Source: Prasinococcaceae sp. CCMP 1430
Lineage: Eukaryota > Plantae > Prasinodermophyta
Assembly (NCBI GenBank): GCA_013416795.1
Contig: RQSC01000757.1
Location: 35,367-99,366 of the forward strand
Direction: 5' to 3'
Length of the DNA: 64,000 nucleotides
Part shown: positions 33,971 through 45,864 of the stretch, piece after piece
Numbering within the stretch: position 1 is the first letter of the stretch
Layout of the letters: each line of letters starts with the position of its first letter
Position numbers and translations under genes: made by a program
Notes under the pieces: generated by a model
What the model saw: only the letters and a program-made list of their open reading frames with translations
Told to the model about the DNA's origin: nothing
Databases searched by the model: none

Positions 33971-35501
33971 CGGCGCGGGGGCGGCGCGCGTGGCGCTGGT
34001 CGTCCCAGCGGACGCGCCGTCGCCATTTCGCGCGCCGCCGAGCCTGCCGCGGTACACCCCGCACGGCGGCGGCGACGAGCGCGTGGCCGGCGAGCCCGCG
34101 GCGTGGCTGACCGTGGCAAAGCAGACGGCGCAGCGGCTCGAGTGGGCCGAGCCGGGGCGGGTGGACGTGTTCGCGGTCGCCTCGGACGACGAGGCTCTCT
34201 TCGACAGGCTCGCCGACGCCGATGTGGTGGTGACGCTCGGCTCGGACGCGCTCGAGGAGGCCGAGGCGAAGCTCGTCGGCGACGCAGCCGCTCTCGCGCC
34301 GACGCTCATCGTGCTAGGCGCCGAGAGCGGCGAGCTGCCGAGCCGTCAGAAGCTGAACTACTCGCCCTCCAGTGCGCTCGAGGAGGGCTGGCTGAACCCC
34401 TTCGGCCGGGCGGCCAAGGATGTGGCGCTGCTGCGCCAGGTCCAAAACCTGTACAGCAATTCGGACGTCCTCGACCTGCAATTCGCCCTCGCGTTGCTGG
34501 CGTCGGACGCCCTCGGCACGCGCCTGCCGAGCGTCGCCGCGGCTGACAAGATCGACCTGCCGGGCTACGTGTGCTTGGCGCGCAACTGCCGCAAGCAGGT
34601 CGTGGACTGCGTGCGCGATGACATGTGCAAGACAGCGCTGGATTGTTTGGACGAGTGCGGCATGAATGACCAGGTGTGCTCGTACCGGTGCCTCCGAAGC
34701 TACGAGACGCCGCTCTTCACCGATTTTGCCTTGTGCGTGATGCAGAAGCACAACTGCATGAACAACGATGCCAAAATACAGACGCTCCCGGAGGTGAGCT
34801 CCATCACGACGTGGCGCGGCGAGCCGCTCACCGACGAGAGCGCCCAGCGGATCTACGAGGGCCACTTTTTGGAGCCAATGAGCGCTGAGACGGCCGCAGC
34901 TCTGGGCGGGTCGTGGGGCTCGGAGGGCGACCCCACGCCTTTCTCCTGGAGGGTGATCGCCGGGCAGAACGCTGCCTACGATCAGTTCCCCTGCCAGTAT
35001 CAGATCTTCTACGCAGGGGGAGCGCGCAGCAGCATGTGGTATCAGCCCGTCTTCCGGGTGGACACCCTCGATGGTCGCAACGTGTGGCGTGTGAGCGACT
35101 ACCGCTGCCGGCGCGAACGCGACGAGCCCCCGGGGGCCTACGAACTCACTTTCTGCGACAATGGCGTCGTGTCGCGCGAGAAGTGGCGCATCGCAGGTGC
35201 CGCCGACGACCTCAGCTGGGGCCTGTTCTTCTATCGTGGAGCGGCAGAGCGCGCCGGTCAGGCCTACATTGGCGCGGTGCTCGCCTCAGCCGACGGCAAC
35301 TGGCCGCCAGCCGAGCAGATGCCCGACGTGGAGGCAGCGCTGAACGCATGCGGCATTGAGCTCTGGGAGATGTACGAGGTGTGCAACAAGTCGTGCGAGG
35401 CGCCGCCGCTTGAGCCAATTCACGCGCTCAACAAGCGGTACGGGGAACGGGGCCGTAACCTGCTGGAAGCTGCCAGCTGCCTGGAAGCTGCCAGCGCATA
35501 G
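33971..35501 (+). CDS. VDR: Violaxanthin de-epoxidase-related protein; its own start and transit peptide were not found
   Basis: Cys-rich domain CLARNCRKQVVDCVRDDMCKTALDCLDEC..CSYRCL..CVMQKHNC; lipocalin part WRVIAGQNAAYDQFPCQYQIFY..WYQPVF; N-terminal WLTVAKQTAQRLEW. Confidence 0.88.
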
Positions 35502-35637
35502 GTGGGCGCGACCAGCGCATTCGCCCGAGCGCGTGCTGCCGCCCGACCCTTGGACGGAGAGATCAATGGTGTCACTGTTGGTGTTTCGATTTTTTAACAT
35601 ACATCGTACTGTATCATTACAGCGCTGAACACGCCCA

Positions 35638-37569
35638 TCATGCGCTCAGTGCTTGCTCGGTAGCCGCGTGCCGCAACCGCTTCAGGCAAGCCGGCAGCGC
35701 GTCAAGCACCGCGGCTGCGCTGAAGGTCGCAATAGCAGCTTCAGAGTCATAGTATTGCTGGTAGAAGCCGTCCGCGAGGAGCACAGCGTCTTCGTAAGGC
35801 GGCGCTTCCTTGATGGGAAGGCCCGCGCTCTGCCAGAGCGAGAGCAACGCCCGTGGAGGCGCGCACGCGCCGAAGAGCCGCGAGCTCGGCGTCGATCCCG
35901 CTCGCGAGGAAGCGCGCTTCGCGGAGCTTGCTCGCGCAGCCTCGCAAGCGGCCCCGAGTAGCACCGCCGAGCGCGTGAGCTGGTCGCACACGACGGCGGC
36001 GTCGGCACCCGCCACGTGCGACGGAAGCACGGAGCTAACCTCGAGAGGGGGCACGTGGAGACCCCAGAGCTCGAAGAACTCGACCTGGTCCAGGTCGAAC
36101 CCGCAGGCATCCTGCCGCGAGTACGCGCGCACACGTTGACCGAGCATGTCTGTGTCATACGTGATGAGGATCACGCCCCCACATCCCGCCGGCTGCGTCT
36201 GCGCCTCGGCGTGGGTCCCTCCGTACGGATGGCTGCTGATGACGTCCAGCATGACGGGCTCGCACGTAGCGTCACCCGGCCCCTCGTCAGCTGCGCCCGC
36301 GAGCACGTCTGAGCGCCGCGCGAGCGCGCGCACCGCCTCGGCCTCGCCCTCTGCGCCGTGGGCGGCAATTCGTGCCCCCAGAGCGCAGCTGCCTCGCGGG
36401 CCGCGCACCCAGACGAGATCTGAGGGCCTCCGCTGGACGCACGGCAGAGCTCCGGGCGCTCTCGCGCTCTCCTCGCGCTTGGGTGGCGACTCGATCCAAG
36501 CGGCGTTCGGCTCAACACCTGCCAGTACTCCAACCGACCCATCACTGGCGGCCCTGACACGACTCGGTGGACCTGCCGTCACGTCCGGCGCATACCCCCA
36601 CGCCTGCATTCGCCTGACAGTGACGCCGGCGTGGGGTGGCCCGACCAAGCTCGAGCGCACAGCCGCGTCGTGTACGGACGCATCGATGCCTGCGTCGTTG
36701 GCAGCGGATGCACGTGTAGTCTCGATCGCCCTGCGCCCGCCCTGCAGCACGGCATTGGCGAAGTCCGCCACGCGAGCGGCCGACGCGCTGCGCGCATGTG
36801 CGGCATGCGCCGCGAGGTCTCTCGCGCGCTCTATCGCCTCTGCGCGAGCGCGCTCCCTGGCAGTCCGCGCGAGCTCTCTCTCCTGCGCCTGCGCCTGCGC
36901 CTGCTGCGCAGCCATGAGGTCGCGCATGGACGACAGCTCCGTCGACAGGCGCAGTAGCTCCGATCGCAGCGCGATGACCTCATCTTTCGTTCCACCGCTC
37001 GCGACGCGGCGTGGCTCGTTGGCGGCCGGCCTGCCTTCGCTTTCGGCACCCATCACTGGGTCGGCGCCGCGCGCAACGTCCGTGTCTGGGCCCTCCTTGC
37101 AGGCGCTGGCACTCGGCGGCGTGTCGGACGCGTGATCCTCCGGTCCCGAGTGCCACAGCTCCGTCGCCGGCGGCGAGGGCGCGCAGCCCTCTCCGCGGCT
37201 CTGCCAGGCGCGGCCATATCTCCCAGGCTCGCCGTCCACGTCACCACCGGTCGCGGCATCCGAGCCGCCCGAGTCGCTCGACTCGACCACGTCGGACCCG
37301 CCGGGCCCGCCAGCTCCGCCAGCGGCGGCATCGGCGCCGGCGTCTTCGCTCCCGTCGCTGAGCTCCTCTGCCGGGCTGCTCGTGCCCGCCGTCGAGCCCG
37401 CGCTGTCGAGGAGCCCTTCGATGGGCACTCCCGCCTCCCGCGCCGCTGCCGCCAGCAGCGCGCGCTCCGGCGTGCGGTAGCCCTGTTCGCCCGGGGAGGC
37501 GTCCTCCAACAGCACGCTCGCGAAGTTCTCGGCGGCCGCCTCGGTGCGCGGCCCCGCCGTTTCCCCCAT
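35638..37569 (-). CDS. Hypothetical 643-aa protein: acidic disordered N-terminus, coiled coil, probable folded C-terminal domain
   Basis: Long single-exon ATG ORF with coding-like composition and heptads (EVIALRSELLRLSTELSSMRDL). No family recognised. Confidence 0.65.
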   Translation of the reverse strand: MGETAGPRTEAAAENFASVLLEDASPGEQGYRTPERALLAAAAREAGVPIEGLLDSAGSTAGTSSPAEELSDGSEDAGADAAAGGAGGPGGSDVVESSDSGGSDAATGGDVDGEPGRYGRAWQSRGEGCAPSPPATELWHSGPEDHASDTPPSASACKEGPDTDVARGADPVMGAESEGRPAANEPRRVASGGTKDEVIALRSELLRLSTELSSMRDLMAAQQAQAQAQERELARTARERARAEAIERARDLAAHAAHARSASAARVADFANAVLQGGRRAIETTRASAANDAGIDASVHDAAVRSSLVGPPHAGVTVRRMQAWGYAPDVTAGPPSRVRAASDGSVGVLAGVEPNAAWIESPPKREESARAPGALPCVQRRPSDLVWVRGPRGSCALGARIAAHGAEGEAEAVRALARRSDVLAGAADEGPGDATCEPVMLDVISSHPYGGTHAEAQTQPAGCGGVILITYDTDMLGQRVRAYSRQDACGFDLDQVEFFELWGLHVPPLEVSSVLPSHVAGADAAVVCDQLTRSAVLLGAACEAARASSAKRASSRAGSTPSSRLFGACAPPRALLSLWQSAGLPIKEAPPYEDAVLLADGFYQQYYDSEAAIATFSAAAVLDALPACLKRLRHAATEQALSA

Positions 37570-37682
37570 CCCCCCCCGGCGGGCCCGCGGCCTCTGCCCC
37601 TCGCCCCCCCNCAGGGCGGCGGCGCCCCGGCCACGGCTCCGCCCTCCACGCCACAGCCGCGGAGGGGACCCCCGCTGCGGAG

Positions 37683-40600
37683 ATGCTCGATCCGAGCGCG
37701 CTGCTGCTGTCGGTGGGCCGCGAGGGGGAGGAGCGCGAGAGGCGCGAGCGCGAGGCGCGAGCGGCCGAGCGCGAGGCCGAGCGGCGGCGCGAGGAGGAGC
37801 GCGCGCGCGAAAGGTATGACCGCGGGCTCGACTGGATGCTCGACGGCGCCAGCGCCGGAGACGGGGGCGACGAGGGCGGTGTGGGTCCTACAGGCGGGGC
37901 CGCGTGGCGGCAGCAGCAGCAGGGGGATGAAAATGAGGGGTTCGAGAGCGCGCTCGCGGCGGCGACCGAGCTCGCGGCGACGGCGCGGGAGGGGCAGGCG
38001 CCGGGCGGCTCGCGCGAGAATGGTGGCGTCGCGCTGAAGGCGGTGCCCTCTGCAGGCAACGATGCCGACGCTGACGCCAACGACGACGGCAGGGCGGAGA
38101 GCGTCGTCAGGTGCGCGCGCGAGGGGGCGCACGCTCCCGCGCTCCTCCCCTCCCACCCAACGTGTGCCGCTGCGGTCGCTCTGACGCCCCGCACCGCTCG
38201 CCGCGCTCTTTCTGCGCGCCTGCTGCACGTCCGCCCGCCGCCAGCGTGCGCGGCCGGGCGCCGGTGTTTATACGACCCTCCGTCGCCGGCTTGCCGCTGC
38301 CTGCGTACAAGTTCACTGAGGCGCGCCTGGCTGAGCTCGAGGCGCGCCTCGGCAGGCCGCTCGTCCGCCTCCAGAGCAACGAGAGCTACCGCGCGCCACC
38401 ACCGCGCGTTGCTGCCGCCGCCGCGGCCGCCGCGGCCGTCGCGAATCGCTACCCCTGCGCAGCGTCCTCCGAGCTGTGCGGCATGCTTGGCGCACGGCTC
38501 GGAGCGCCGGCGGCTCGCGTCGCCGTCACCAATGGCAGCGAGCAGGCGATAAGGCTCATCGGCGAGGCTTTCCTGGACGACACGTGTGTGTGCGTGGCGC
38601 CCGCGCCTACCTTCCCCGTGTATTCGACCGCGCTGAGGGCCAGCGGCTGCCAAGTGGTGAGCGTGGGGCTGGACGCGACCGGGGCCAACGACGCAGAGGC
38701 GCTGGGCGCCGCCGCGGCCGCTGCGGCCGCGGCGTCCCAGGGACTCATGCATGGCCAGGACGTGCGTGATACGCACCCCCGCACGTCCCTCAGTTTCGCC
38801 TCAGCCTCGCGTGGCCCTCCGCCCCGGCGTCGCCTCGGCCGCGCGCCGCGCGCGGTGTGAGCCTCCGCGTCCCGTGCAGTGCCTCCTGCGGCCACACCTT
38901 AGCCTGCCTGCCCGCCCGCCTGCCCCCGTGCGTGCGCGCCCAGGCCTGCGCATTGGTTTTCAAATTTGCCGCGCGCGCACCCCGGGGAACGAGAATTAAC
39001 ATAAACCCTACACTCGGCGCGTCCGAATTTTATCATCAAAACATACCGTAGTGAATTCCGGCGCATGGGCACTACCCTAAATATTTCCAAGCGCCTGGAT
39101 GATACCGTGATTTTTACATTCATTTGTACCTATTCCAGGCTGCGGCAAATCTAAACCTCAACTCCGCCGGTGCCCACAGCGTGCATGCGGCGGGTGCTGG
39201 CGGGGGAGGGCGTGTGCGTGGGGAGAGGTGTGTGGGCAAGTGCGGGGAGGTGCGCGCCGCGCCGAGCTGCCAGAGCGCGCGCGTGTGCGACGCCGCCCGG
39301 GGCCTCCTGACTGCGGTCGCCGCCAGCCGCGCGCGCCGCGGCCNNNNNNNNNNNNNNNNNNNNNNNNNNNNNNNNNNNNNNNNNNNNNNNNNNNNNNNNN
39401 NNNNNNNNNNNNNNNNNNNNNNNNNNNNNNNNNNNNNNNNNNNNNNNNNNNNNNNNNNNNNNNNNNNNNNNNNNNNNNNNNNNNNNNNNNNNNNNNNNNN
39501 NNNNNNNNNNNNNNNNNNNNNNNNNNNNNNNNNNNNNNNNNNNNNNNNNNNNNNNNNNNNNNNNNNNNNNNNNNNNNNNNNNNNNNNNNNNNNNNNNNNN
39601 NNNNNNNNNNNNNNNNNNNNNNNNNNNNNNNNNNNNNNNNNNNNNNNNNNNNNNNNNNNNNNNNNNNNNNNNNNNNNNNNNNNNNNNNNNNNNNNNNNNN
39701 NNNNNNNNNNNNNNNNNNNNNNNNNNNNNNNNNNNNNNNNNNNNNNNNNNNNNNNNNNNNNNNNNNNNNNNNNNNNNNNNNNNNNNNNNNNNNNNNNNNN
39801 NNNNNNNNNNNNNNNNNNNNNNNNNNNNNNNNNNNNNNNNNNNNNNNNNNNNNNNNNNNNNNNNNNNNNNNNNNNNNNNNNNNNNNNNNNNNNNNNNNNN
39901 NNNNNNNAACGACGCAGAGGCGCTGGGCGCCGCCGCGGCCGCTGCGGCCGCGGCGCGCGGCAGCGCCGCTGGCGACGACGATGCGGGGGCGCGCACGGTG
40001 GTCGTGTGCTCGACCGTGAACAATCCAACGGGCGGGCGCATGGGCGCGGCCGCGCTGCGCACCTTGCGCGATGCCTTGCCCTCCAGCACGCTGCTGGTGG
40101 TGGACGACGCCTACGCCGAGTTCGAAGCGGTGGGCGCGCGTGCGGGCGAGCCAGACGCTCTGGCGGTGCTGGTGGAGGGCGACGCTCGCGTCGACGGCGG
40201 GGGCGGCGGCTGCCACCACTGGATCCTGTTGCGCACCTTCGCAAAGGCATGGGGACTGGCGGGCCTGCGCGTGGGCTACGCGCTCGCGTCGTCGGAGGAG
40301 GTGGCCGGAGGGCTGCACCGCGCCAAGGGCGTCTTCCAGGTGAACGCATGCGCGCAGGCGGCCGCTGCAGCGGCACTGCGCGAGGGCGACGCGTGGATGT
40401 ACGAGCGCGTGCGCCACACGGTGGCCATGCGCGCGACGCTGCTCAGGAGGCTTCGTTCGCTGGGGCTGCCCACGCTGCCCGCGCACGCCAACTTCGTCTG
40501 CTTCGACGTGTGGCCGGCCAGCGCCGCGGAGGTAGCGACGCGTCTGGCCGAGGAGCGCGGCGTGCTCGTGTGCCCGTTGGGCGCGCTGCGTGGGGCCAAC

Positions 40601-40708
40601 GGGTTGCTGCTACGCGAGGCCGTGCGCGTGACCGTGGGCGACGAGGCGGACATCGAGGCCTTGCTCGAGGCGCTGCCGGCGGTCCTCGCGCTGCAGCCCG
40701 AGCGCTGA
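37683..40708 (+). CDS. hisC: Histidinol-phosphate aminotransferase-like PLP enzyme, split in this assembly: 37683-38110 (N-extension), 38245-38734, 39909-40708
   Basis: VRLQSNES, NRYP, VTNGSEQAI, PTFPVY; second half NNPTG, DDAYAEF, RTFAKAWGLAGLRVGY (PLP lysine), HANFV, VRVTVG. Confidence 0.8.
38688..39955 (+). repeat. 47-bp direct duplication (38688-38734 and 39909-39955) flanking unrelated sequence and a gap inside hisC
   Basis: ACGACGCAGAGGCGCTGGGCGCCGCCGCGGCCGCTGCGGCCGCGGCG occurs twice; the second copy starts right after the N run. Confidence 0.85.
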
Positions 40709-40940
40709 GCGCGCGCCCGCTCGCTGAGCGCGCGCCCGCGCGCCCGGGCATCCATCCATAATAGACCCTGCACGTGTGGGGCGCCTCCGCGCAGCGTCGA
40801 GGGGCGCGCGTGCGAGCGCGCGCGTGTGCGAGTGCGCGCTTCCCCGGCGCAGCGGAACAAAAAAAATGGCCGCTTGTACGGCGCGGGCTCCGCGCGGGCT
40901 CGGCGCGGGCCGGCGCTCGCGCGCTCAGGACGTCAGCCGC

Positions 40941-41346
40941 CTACTCGAGGTCGGGCGCACGCCCGTAGGCGGCCTCCAGCTCGTGCGCGAGCATCTCGTG
41001 CAGCCTCCTCCCCGTGTGGGTGTACACCCATTGGCGCTCGGCCGGCGACCAATCGAAGCGGCTCGGCCCCGACACCGGCGAGCTCAGCCACAGCTGGCGG
41101 TTGGGCGTCTGCTTGTTGACAACGTACGTGCCCTTCTCGCCGAGCGTGAGCGTCAGCACGCCCATGGCGAGCGATATGTCGTAGCCTTCCACGTCCATGC
41201 CCTCGAGGAAGTCCTCGAGCGTCTCGCACATCCCCTCGAGCGTCTCATCCGCGATCGCGTGGTAGTCGGCCTCGCCCAGCGGCGCGTCGCCCCCGCCGCT
41301 CGCCCCCGCCGCGGGCGGCGCGGCGGCCGCCGCAAAGCCGCGCGGC
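40941..41346 (-). CDS. FH: Frataxin/CyaY; 5' end in the gap
   Basis: YHAIADETLE, GVLTLTLGEKGTYVVNKQTPNRQLWLSSPVSGPSRFD. Confidence 0.95.
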
Positions 41347-42079
41347 NNNNNNNNNNNNNNNNNNNNNNNNNNNNNNNNNNNNNNNNNNNNNNNNNNNNNN
41401 NNNNNNNNNNNNNNNNNNNNNNNNNNNNNNNNNNNNNNNNNNNNNNNNNNNNNNNNNNNNNNNNNNNNNNNNNNNNNNNNNNNNNNNNNNNNNNNNNNNN
41501 NNNNNNNNNNNNNNNNNNNNNNNNNNNNNNNNNNNNNNNNNNNNNNNNNNNNNNNNNNNNNNNNNNNNNNNNNNNNNNNNNNNNNNNNNNNNNNNNNNNN
41601 NNNNNNNNNNNNNNNNNNNNNNNNNNNNNNNNNNNNNNNNNNNNNNNNNNNNNNNNNNNNNNNNNNNNNNNNNNNNNNNNNNNNNNNNNNNNNNNNNNNN
41701 NNNNNNNNNNNNNNNNNNNNNNNNNNNNNNNNNNNNNNNNNNNNNNNNNNNNNNNNNNNNNNNNNNNNNNNNNNNNNNNNNNNNNNNNNNNNNNNNNNNN
41801 NNNNNNNNNNNNNNNNNNNNNNNNNNNNNNNNNNNNNNNNNNNNNNNNNNNNNNNNNNNNNNNNNNNNNNNNNNNNNNNNNNNNNNNNNNNNNNNNNNNN
41901 NNNNNNNNNNNNNNNNNNNNNNNNNNNNNNNNNNNNNNNNNNNNNNNNNNNNNNNNNNNNNNNNNNNNNNNNNNNNNNNNNNNNNNNNNNNNNNNNNNNN
42001 NNNNNNNNNNNNNNNNNNNNNNNNNNNNNNNNNNNNNNNNNNNNNNNNNNNNNNNNNNNNNNNNNNNNNNNNNNNNNNN

Positions 42080-44137
42080 TCGCGCTGGCGCAGGCGCGGG
42101 CGCAGGCGCTCCAAGCGGCCGCCGCGGTCGGGGAGCGCGAGCACGCGGCGGCCGAGCAGGAGCGCGAGCGCACCCAGGCGACGTCGCACGCGGAGGCTGC
42201 TGCCGCCGACGAGCGCGCCGCGCGGGCCAAGGCGCGCGCCAGGGAGTTAGCGGCGGCGCTCGAGGATAGCGAAAGCGTCAAATCCGCCGCCCGGGACCGG
42301 GTGATTGCGCTCGAGGGGGCGCTCGAGGAGGCGAGGAAAGAGACGCAGCGCTGGCGTGAGGGTGAGAAGGAGGCCGAGGCGACGATGCGGCAGCTGGAGA
42401 AGCGCGAGGCCGCCGCTGCGGCGTCAGAGCGCGCGGCGATTTCGCGCGCCGAGCGCGCTGAGCGCGAGTGCGCCGAACAAACCAAGCGCGCCGACGCCGC
42501 GGAGCGCCGCGCCGCGGACGCGGAAACGGCCGCGGCGGACGCCAAGGTCCGCGCGGCGGAGGAACGCGCGGCGGGGGCGCGCAGCGCAGAGAGCCGCGAA
42601 TCGCTCGAGGCCCACGTGGCATCGCTCGAGAAAGAACGGCGCGCTCTGGCCGCGGAGGCCTGCGAGAGCGCCGCGCGCGCATCCGGCGCCGCTGCCGAGT
42701 GCGCGCAGGCGCGAGACAAGCTCGCGAGGGCGGAGGCACGACTTGCGGAGCTAGAGGCCGCCGATGAGGCACGCGCACGAAGGCAGCCTGTTGTCGCCAT
42801 GGACGCCGAACCGAGCACAGTGCTTGCTGGCGCTCTGCCTGGGGTGGCTGAGCTCTCCGGCGCGGTCGCTGACGCGCACGCGGAGATCGCCGCGCTCGTC
42901 GCCGAGCGCGCCGAATCTGCGCGTCACGCGGTGGAGCAGCTCGTTTGGGAGCGCACAGCCGAGCTCTCAGCGGTGCAGGGCGCGGCGGAGGAGCGCATGA
43001 GGCAGCTCGGAGAGTCGCAGGCGGCGCTGGAAGGCACTGTCGCTCAGGCGCGCGAAGTACAGGCAGAGGGGATCGCGCGCCGCGATGCGCGCATCGAAGA
43101 GCTGTCTACTCGCTGCCATGAGCTCACGCAGGAGAACGCCAAGCTCCGCGACAGGCTCCGGCGGCTCACGTGCGGGCTTCAGGGGGGTGCGCCCGCGCCC
43201 GCGCCTGCACCCGTGCGGGCGCCCGTGCCGGCGCGCCCGCCCGCCCGCGCAGGCGCTGAATCCCACCGAGGACTCGACTGGCGGCCTGCGGGGTTGGGAT
43301 GCTGCGGCCCCGAAGGCGTGCCCATTGCTGCGCGCGTCGGAGCGAGCGCGCGGCGCAAGCTGTTGACGAAGAAGACCGCGAAGCGCGCGAGCGCAGGCGT
43401 GGGCTCAGGCGCGGTTGGTTCAAAGGCGGCTGCCGATGCGCATGTTGGGCGGACGGCTCGCTCAGCCAAGGCCCACTCGCGCGCTGCGCGGATGCCTGCA
43501 AGTCCCTCCGAGGCGCGCCCCGTGAGTGCGCAGGCGCGGGCTGCCAAGGCAAAGGTGAGAAGCATAGGCGCTCCCGCCACACTTGCGAACACCCACGGAG
43601 CGTGCGAGCGTGGCCGGAGCCGCTCGCGCATGCATCGCGCGCTCTGACACGTTCGGTGCGGATGCCTGCTCGCCCATCGCAGATGGCCTCAAAACGCATG
43701 GCTTCCGCAATCGGCCCAACTCTGTCGTCTGCACAGAAGAGCGGCGGGCGCGCGGGCGCTCGACGACGTGCTTCGGGTCAACACACACGGTGCCGCGGCA
43801 TCTCACGGACGGGAGCGCGCCGCAGGCCACGGGTGGAAAGAAGAAGCGAAAACCGCTGTCGACGAAGAAAAAGAAGAAGAAAGGCACCATGGGGACAGGC
43901 ATGGCCACGAGTGCGCCGACGACCGGTGCCATCGAGCGCACGGAGCTCGAGTCGGTCATCGCCGCACTCGAAGAGGATTACCACGCGGAGCAGGCGCGCT
44001 ACGTAGAGGCAGTGGAAGCGGCGGGCGGCGCGAGCGTTGGGCCCATCGTGTTGGACCACGACGCTCTGCGTGATGCGTCGGAGCAGCTCAGCCTCAAGTC
44101 GTGGCAGCTGAGCACGCTGAGGGCGCTGACATCGTAG
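42080..44137 (+). CDS. Long coiled-coil protein; 5' end in the gap; 3' exon structure unresolved
   Basis: Extended A/E/R heptad ORF to 43647. A helical segment (ELESVIAALEEDY..KSWQLSTLR) ending at 44137 is in another frame, and I could not phase the splice cleanly. Confidence 0.55.
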
Positions 44138-44236
44138 AGGGCCTTGGCTTGGCGCCTAGCATGCCCTCGGATTGTACACATACACCTTTTTTGTACAAGG
44201 CACGCGCGCGCGCGCGCCGTGAGAGAGATGAGGGGC

Positions 44237-45414
44237 TCACAGGGGAGCGCCTGCGCGCGCGGCGCACGGTTTCTCGTCCGCCGTGATGGCCCACGCGCTC
44301 GCGCGGATGGGCGCGCTGAGCAGATTGCGGGAGACCGCCTCGGAGAACGGCCACTGCGATTCGCCCACGCCGGCGGCCATGCCTGTGGCGGGGGCGCTGG
44401 CGGCGTCAGCTCGCGCCACCATCGCACGTGCGTGCGCGGGCGCCCTCGCGCACGCACGTACCTTTCGCAGTTGCCGGACGCTTGAAGGTATGCAAAATGC
44501 CAACGGCTTCATTCGGCGCAGTCTCGAGGAGCGAGGCAGAGCCTGCGAGAAGTGGACCTTCACGCGCGCCGCGCACCGCGCTCCATGCGTCAGAGGCATC
44601 AGATCGCGCGCCAGCGGGTAGACGTGGAGGCGCGCACGCGCGCGCGCGCACCTGCAACGGACGCGGTCACGCCAAACGCGCTGTGGAAGCGGTCGGAGGT
44701 GCTGCTACCAAAGCCCGTCTGCCAGTCTTCGTACGAGGTGGAGCCCAGCCCGGATGTCGACAGCAACGCGCCTGCGGTGACGAGATCGACTCCATCTACG
44801 CTCTGTGCGCGGGAGCACGGCTCGGCGAGGCCGTCCTCGCGCGCATCCGCGCGCGCGCCGAGCGGCAGGTAGCGCGGGTCTCCCCGTACCACCGATGCGC
44901 GCACCAAGTCAACGCGCCACCTGTCGGCGTCCTCAACCTCCGCGTAGAACGCACGCGTCTTGTCGGCGTCGCGCGAATCAATAACTACGCAGGCACCCGC
45001 GCCGCCCGTGGAGGCACTCAGCGCGAGCGCGCGGAGGGCGCACGGCGGCACCGGTGCCCGCGGCAGCGCCCCCTCAGCGTTCTCTCGCGCCTCCCCGGAG
45101 GTGACGATTGCGAGGACAGTGTCACCCGGCAGCGCGATCGTCGCCGCTCCCGGCGCGAGCGACTCGAGCGAGGGCTCGTCCGCACCGCCGAGCGGCCCCG
45201 CCAGCGCGCGTGTGGCACCCCCACCGGCGACGCCCATCACTGCAGCAAGTAGCACGCCCCGCCTGGCCTCCAGCGCCGAGTCAGCCGCGCGGAGCTCGCC
45301 GCCGCCACCGCCGCCGCCGCGGCCGGACAGGCGGGGAGCCGCGCCCGCCGCGCCCGCCGCGCCCGCCGCGCCCGCCGCTGCCGCCATCGCTCCATTCCAG
45401 GCGCGCGAGGCCAT
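44237..45414 (-). CDS. Probable thylakoid-lumen (Tat-targeted) protein of unknown function, with two phase-1 introns near the 3' end
   Basis: Ala/Gly-rich transit-like N-terminus, twin-Arg ARRGVLLAA, hydrophobic stretch and ALA cleavage motif. G|GTGCG..AG and G|GTACG..CAG introns join in frame to the stop at 44237. Confidence 0.5.
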
Positions 45415-45864
45415 CGTGTCAACCCCTTGGCCCCCCCTCGCGCCACGCGACGCAGGAGGGCCGCCGTGTGGACAGACAGGCACGTGCGGGCGCCCCGCTG
45501 CCCAGCGGGGGCGGCAGCGGGTAGTTACGGGCGGATAGGTATACCCTAAACTTAAAACCTCAAAGCGACAAAGAGCTGTACCCTAACCTGAGGGTCTGAC
45601 CATTGTTAGTTTCCGGGGGCGCGTACGAACGCGGCCGCGCGCGCCCGCCTGCGGGCGCCACTGCGCGCGCCGCCGCAAGCACGTACAGCGGCACCGCCTC
45701 GAGCAGCCGCGCCAGCCGCGGCGCGCGCCGGCGCGGAGCGCCTGGCGGCGCGCGACCTGACGAGGAGCTTTGTATCGACCGACCTCCCCAGCCGCGCGCG
45801 ACTGCGCGTCCTCGCGCCCGCGAGCAAGCGCTCGCGGATCGGCGAGCTGCGCCCAAGGATCGGC

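Noticed and set aside
38688-39955. A transposon with a target-site duplication in hisC
   Set aside because: No terminal repeats or transposase; 47 bp is too long for a typical TSD, and the copy begins at a contig edge.
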